From positions 1 through 64,000 of IMG/VR virus record IMGVR_UViG_3300046408_000009: DNA of 64,000 nt. One strand, given 5' to 3'. Both the position numbers and the translations under genes were made by a program. The notes below the pieces were generated by a model. The model was not told where the DNA came from. It saw only the letters and a program-made list of their open reading frames with translations, and ran no database searches. The stretch is from a virus. Lineage: Duplodnaviria; Caudoviricetes. Position 1 is the first letter of the stretch; each line of letters begins with the position of its first letter. Positions 62,944 to 64,000 of the stretch are shown here, one piece after another.

Positions 62944-63146
62944 CACTTCTCCTCTATCGCGCAGATAATTGCTGCGACCAAACACAGACAGAAGGCGAGA
63001 AAACACGACGTCGCGAACGTGGCGTGGTATGCAACATCCTCGTGGTTCCACAGTTTGTGCGTCTCAATGCACGCGACCGTGGCCCAGAATTCGACCACCA
63101 TCACAGCAGCAGCGATAGTTGCGAAAACTAAAAATAAGCCCATCAT
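62943..63146 (-). CDS. Small two-TM membrane protein
   Basis: Two hydrophobic segments. Confidence 0.7.
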   Translation of the reverse strand: MMGLFLVFATIAAAVMVVEFWATVACIETHKLWNHEDVAYHATFATSCFLAFCLCLVAAIICAIEEK

Positions 63147-63334
63147 GACCAGTCCTCTTCACGCCACTGGGACTCTGGCAGCCCCAACTTTTTAGCGACT
63201 CTCTTCGCTCGACGCAACTCCGCGAGCCACTTGCGTCTCGTCCACCAACCACCTTCGAGGTGTGACTGCAGGTAGGAGTCGATGGCTATAGCAACCATGA
63301 CCCTCTCGTCTTGGCGCAATGGGGATTTGTTCAC
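63143..63334 (-). CDS. Hypothetical protein
   Basis: 63 aa; overlaps neighbours. Confidence 0.65.
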   Translation of the reverse strand: MNKSPLRQDERVMVAIAIDSYLQSHLEGGWWTRRKWLAELRRAKRVAKKLGLPESQWREEDWS

Positions 63335-63840
63335 GACAAATCTCCGGTCAGCAGGTCATTCAGGTAGTGGAGATCATCAACGGAAATAACGATCTCGTGT
63401 TGGAGAGTGATCTTCTTGAATGATTTCAGCAACTTCAACAGTCGTTCTGCACGCTCGATCCTCTGGCCCTGGGTATTCTTAATGTCGTCAATCACGGCGT
63501 CAATCAGTTCGATCTCTTGGCGTAATTGCTTGACCTCAGCCAACAGCGCCGGGACTCGCTCATCCACGCGTCCCGTGCCGTCACAGAACTCACAACCGAT
63601 CATCTCGTGCGAACCCATGTACTCGACACCGGACGGTTCCGATCCCGAACCGTGACAATTGGGGCAGTCGGTCATGTACTCGCTCGAGGAAGAATCAGCG
63701 ATGTGCATGCGCAGCACCTTGAGTCCGTCATCTCGATTAACCCACTCGCCCACGGTGATTGACGCGCCGTGTTCGTTCTCAACTTCTACGAACGGCAATG
63801 CACTGCCGGGTCCTCCCCCGAATACGATGTCAATTTGCAC
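63331..63840 (-). CDS. Hypothetical protein with DnaJ-type CxxCxGxG Zn finger and coiled coil
   Basis: CPNCHGSG...CEFCDGTG; GAAGGAG RBS with GTG start. Confidence 0.75.
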   Translation of the reverse strand: MQIDIVFGGGPGSALPFVEVENEHGASITVGEWVNRDDGLKVLRMHIADSSSSEYMTDCPNCHGSGSEPSGVEYMGSHEMIGCEFCDGTGRVDERVPALLAEVKQLRQEIELIDAVIDDIKNTQGQRIERAERLLKLLKSFKKITLQHEIVISVDDLHYLNDLLTGDLS

Positions 63841-64000
63841 CGTTGTTCTCCTTCATTTGTGTCGGACTACCATTCGCATATTTTGCAAAAATGGTTCTCA
63901 GTGATGAAAAGCAGAATGGCTAGTGTCATCGTTGAGCCGCCTTCCAACCCAGCGTCCACGCCTGCTGCGCCACACTGACGCACGCTTGGAACTGCGCGGG

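Noticed and set aside
1-64000. CRISPR array, diversity-generating retroelement, intron/intein, IS element or integrase
   Set aside because: No regularly spaced 23-50 bp repeats, no reverse transcriptase, recombinase or transposase motifs, and polA, terL, the helicase and thyX are uninterrupted and of normal length.

Overview
The whole window is part of one tailed dsDNA phage genome with a contractile (myovirus-type) tail, read almost entirely on the minus strand. An Actinomycetota host is inferred from an Rpf-family gene, leaderless TTGCAA-N17-TANNNT promoters and moderately high GC. Order along the window: replication module (partial HTH/acidic protein, SNF2 helicase, RuvC-like resolvase, DNA polymerase A); holin-like gene and NlpC/P60 endolysin; baseplate, tail fibre, tape measure, frameshifted tail chaperone, tube and sheath; neck genes plus a block of accessory fibre/adhesin genes (20-aa repeat protein, Vgb-like propeller, GH16); Mu-like head module (capsid, decoration, protease/scaffold, MuF-like, portal, terminase) with an inserted zeta-toxin-like two-domain gene and a 48-aa coupled ORF; a membrane-protein/amidase cluster between the terminase genes; Rpf, HerA-like ATPase and ThyX; then about 17 kb of small early-type genes with three DNA methyltransferases and an HNH. 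No integrase, CRISPR array, reverse transcriptase or IS is visible. The most notable signals missed by the ORF track are a promoter- and terminator-bounded ~103-nt structured RNA (54554-54656), a ~108-nt tRNA-shaped RNA with a degenerate anticodon loop (58201-58308), a dif-like XerC/D site (60636-60663) in an origin-like non-coding region, a recurrent TTTGCAAA promoter/operator motif, and a start-associated GACGAAAGACG motif. All calls come from reading the sequence by eye; no database searches or folding programs were run.
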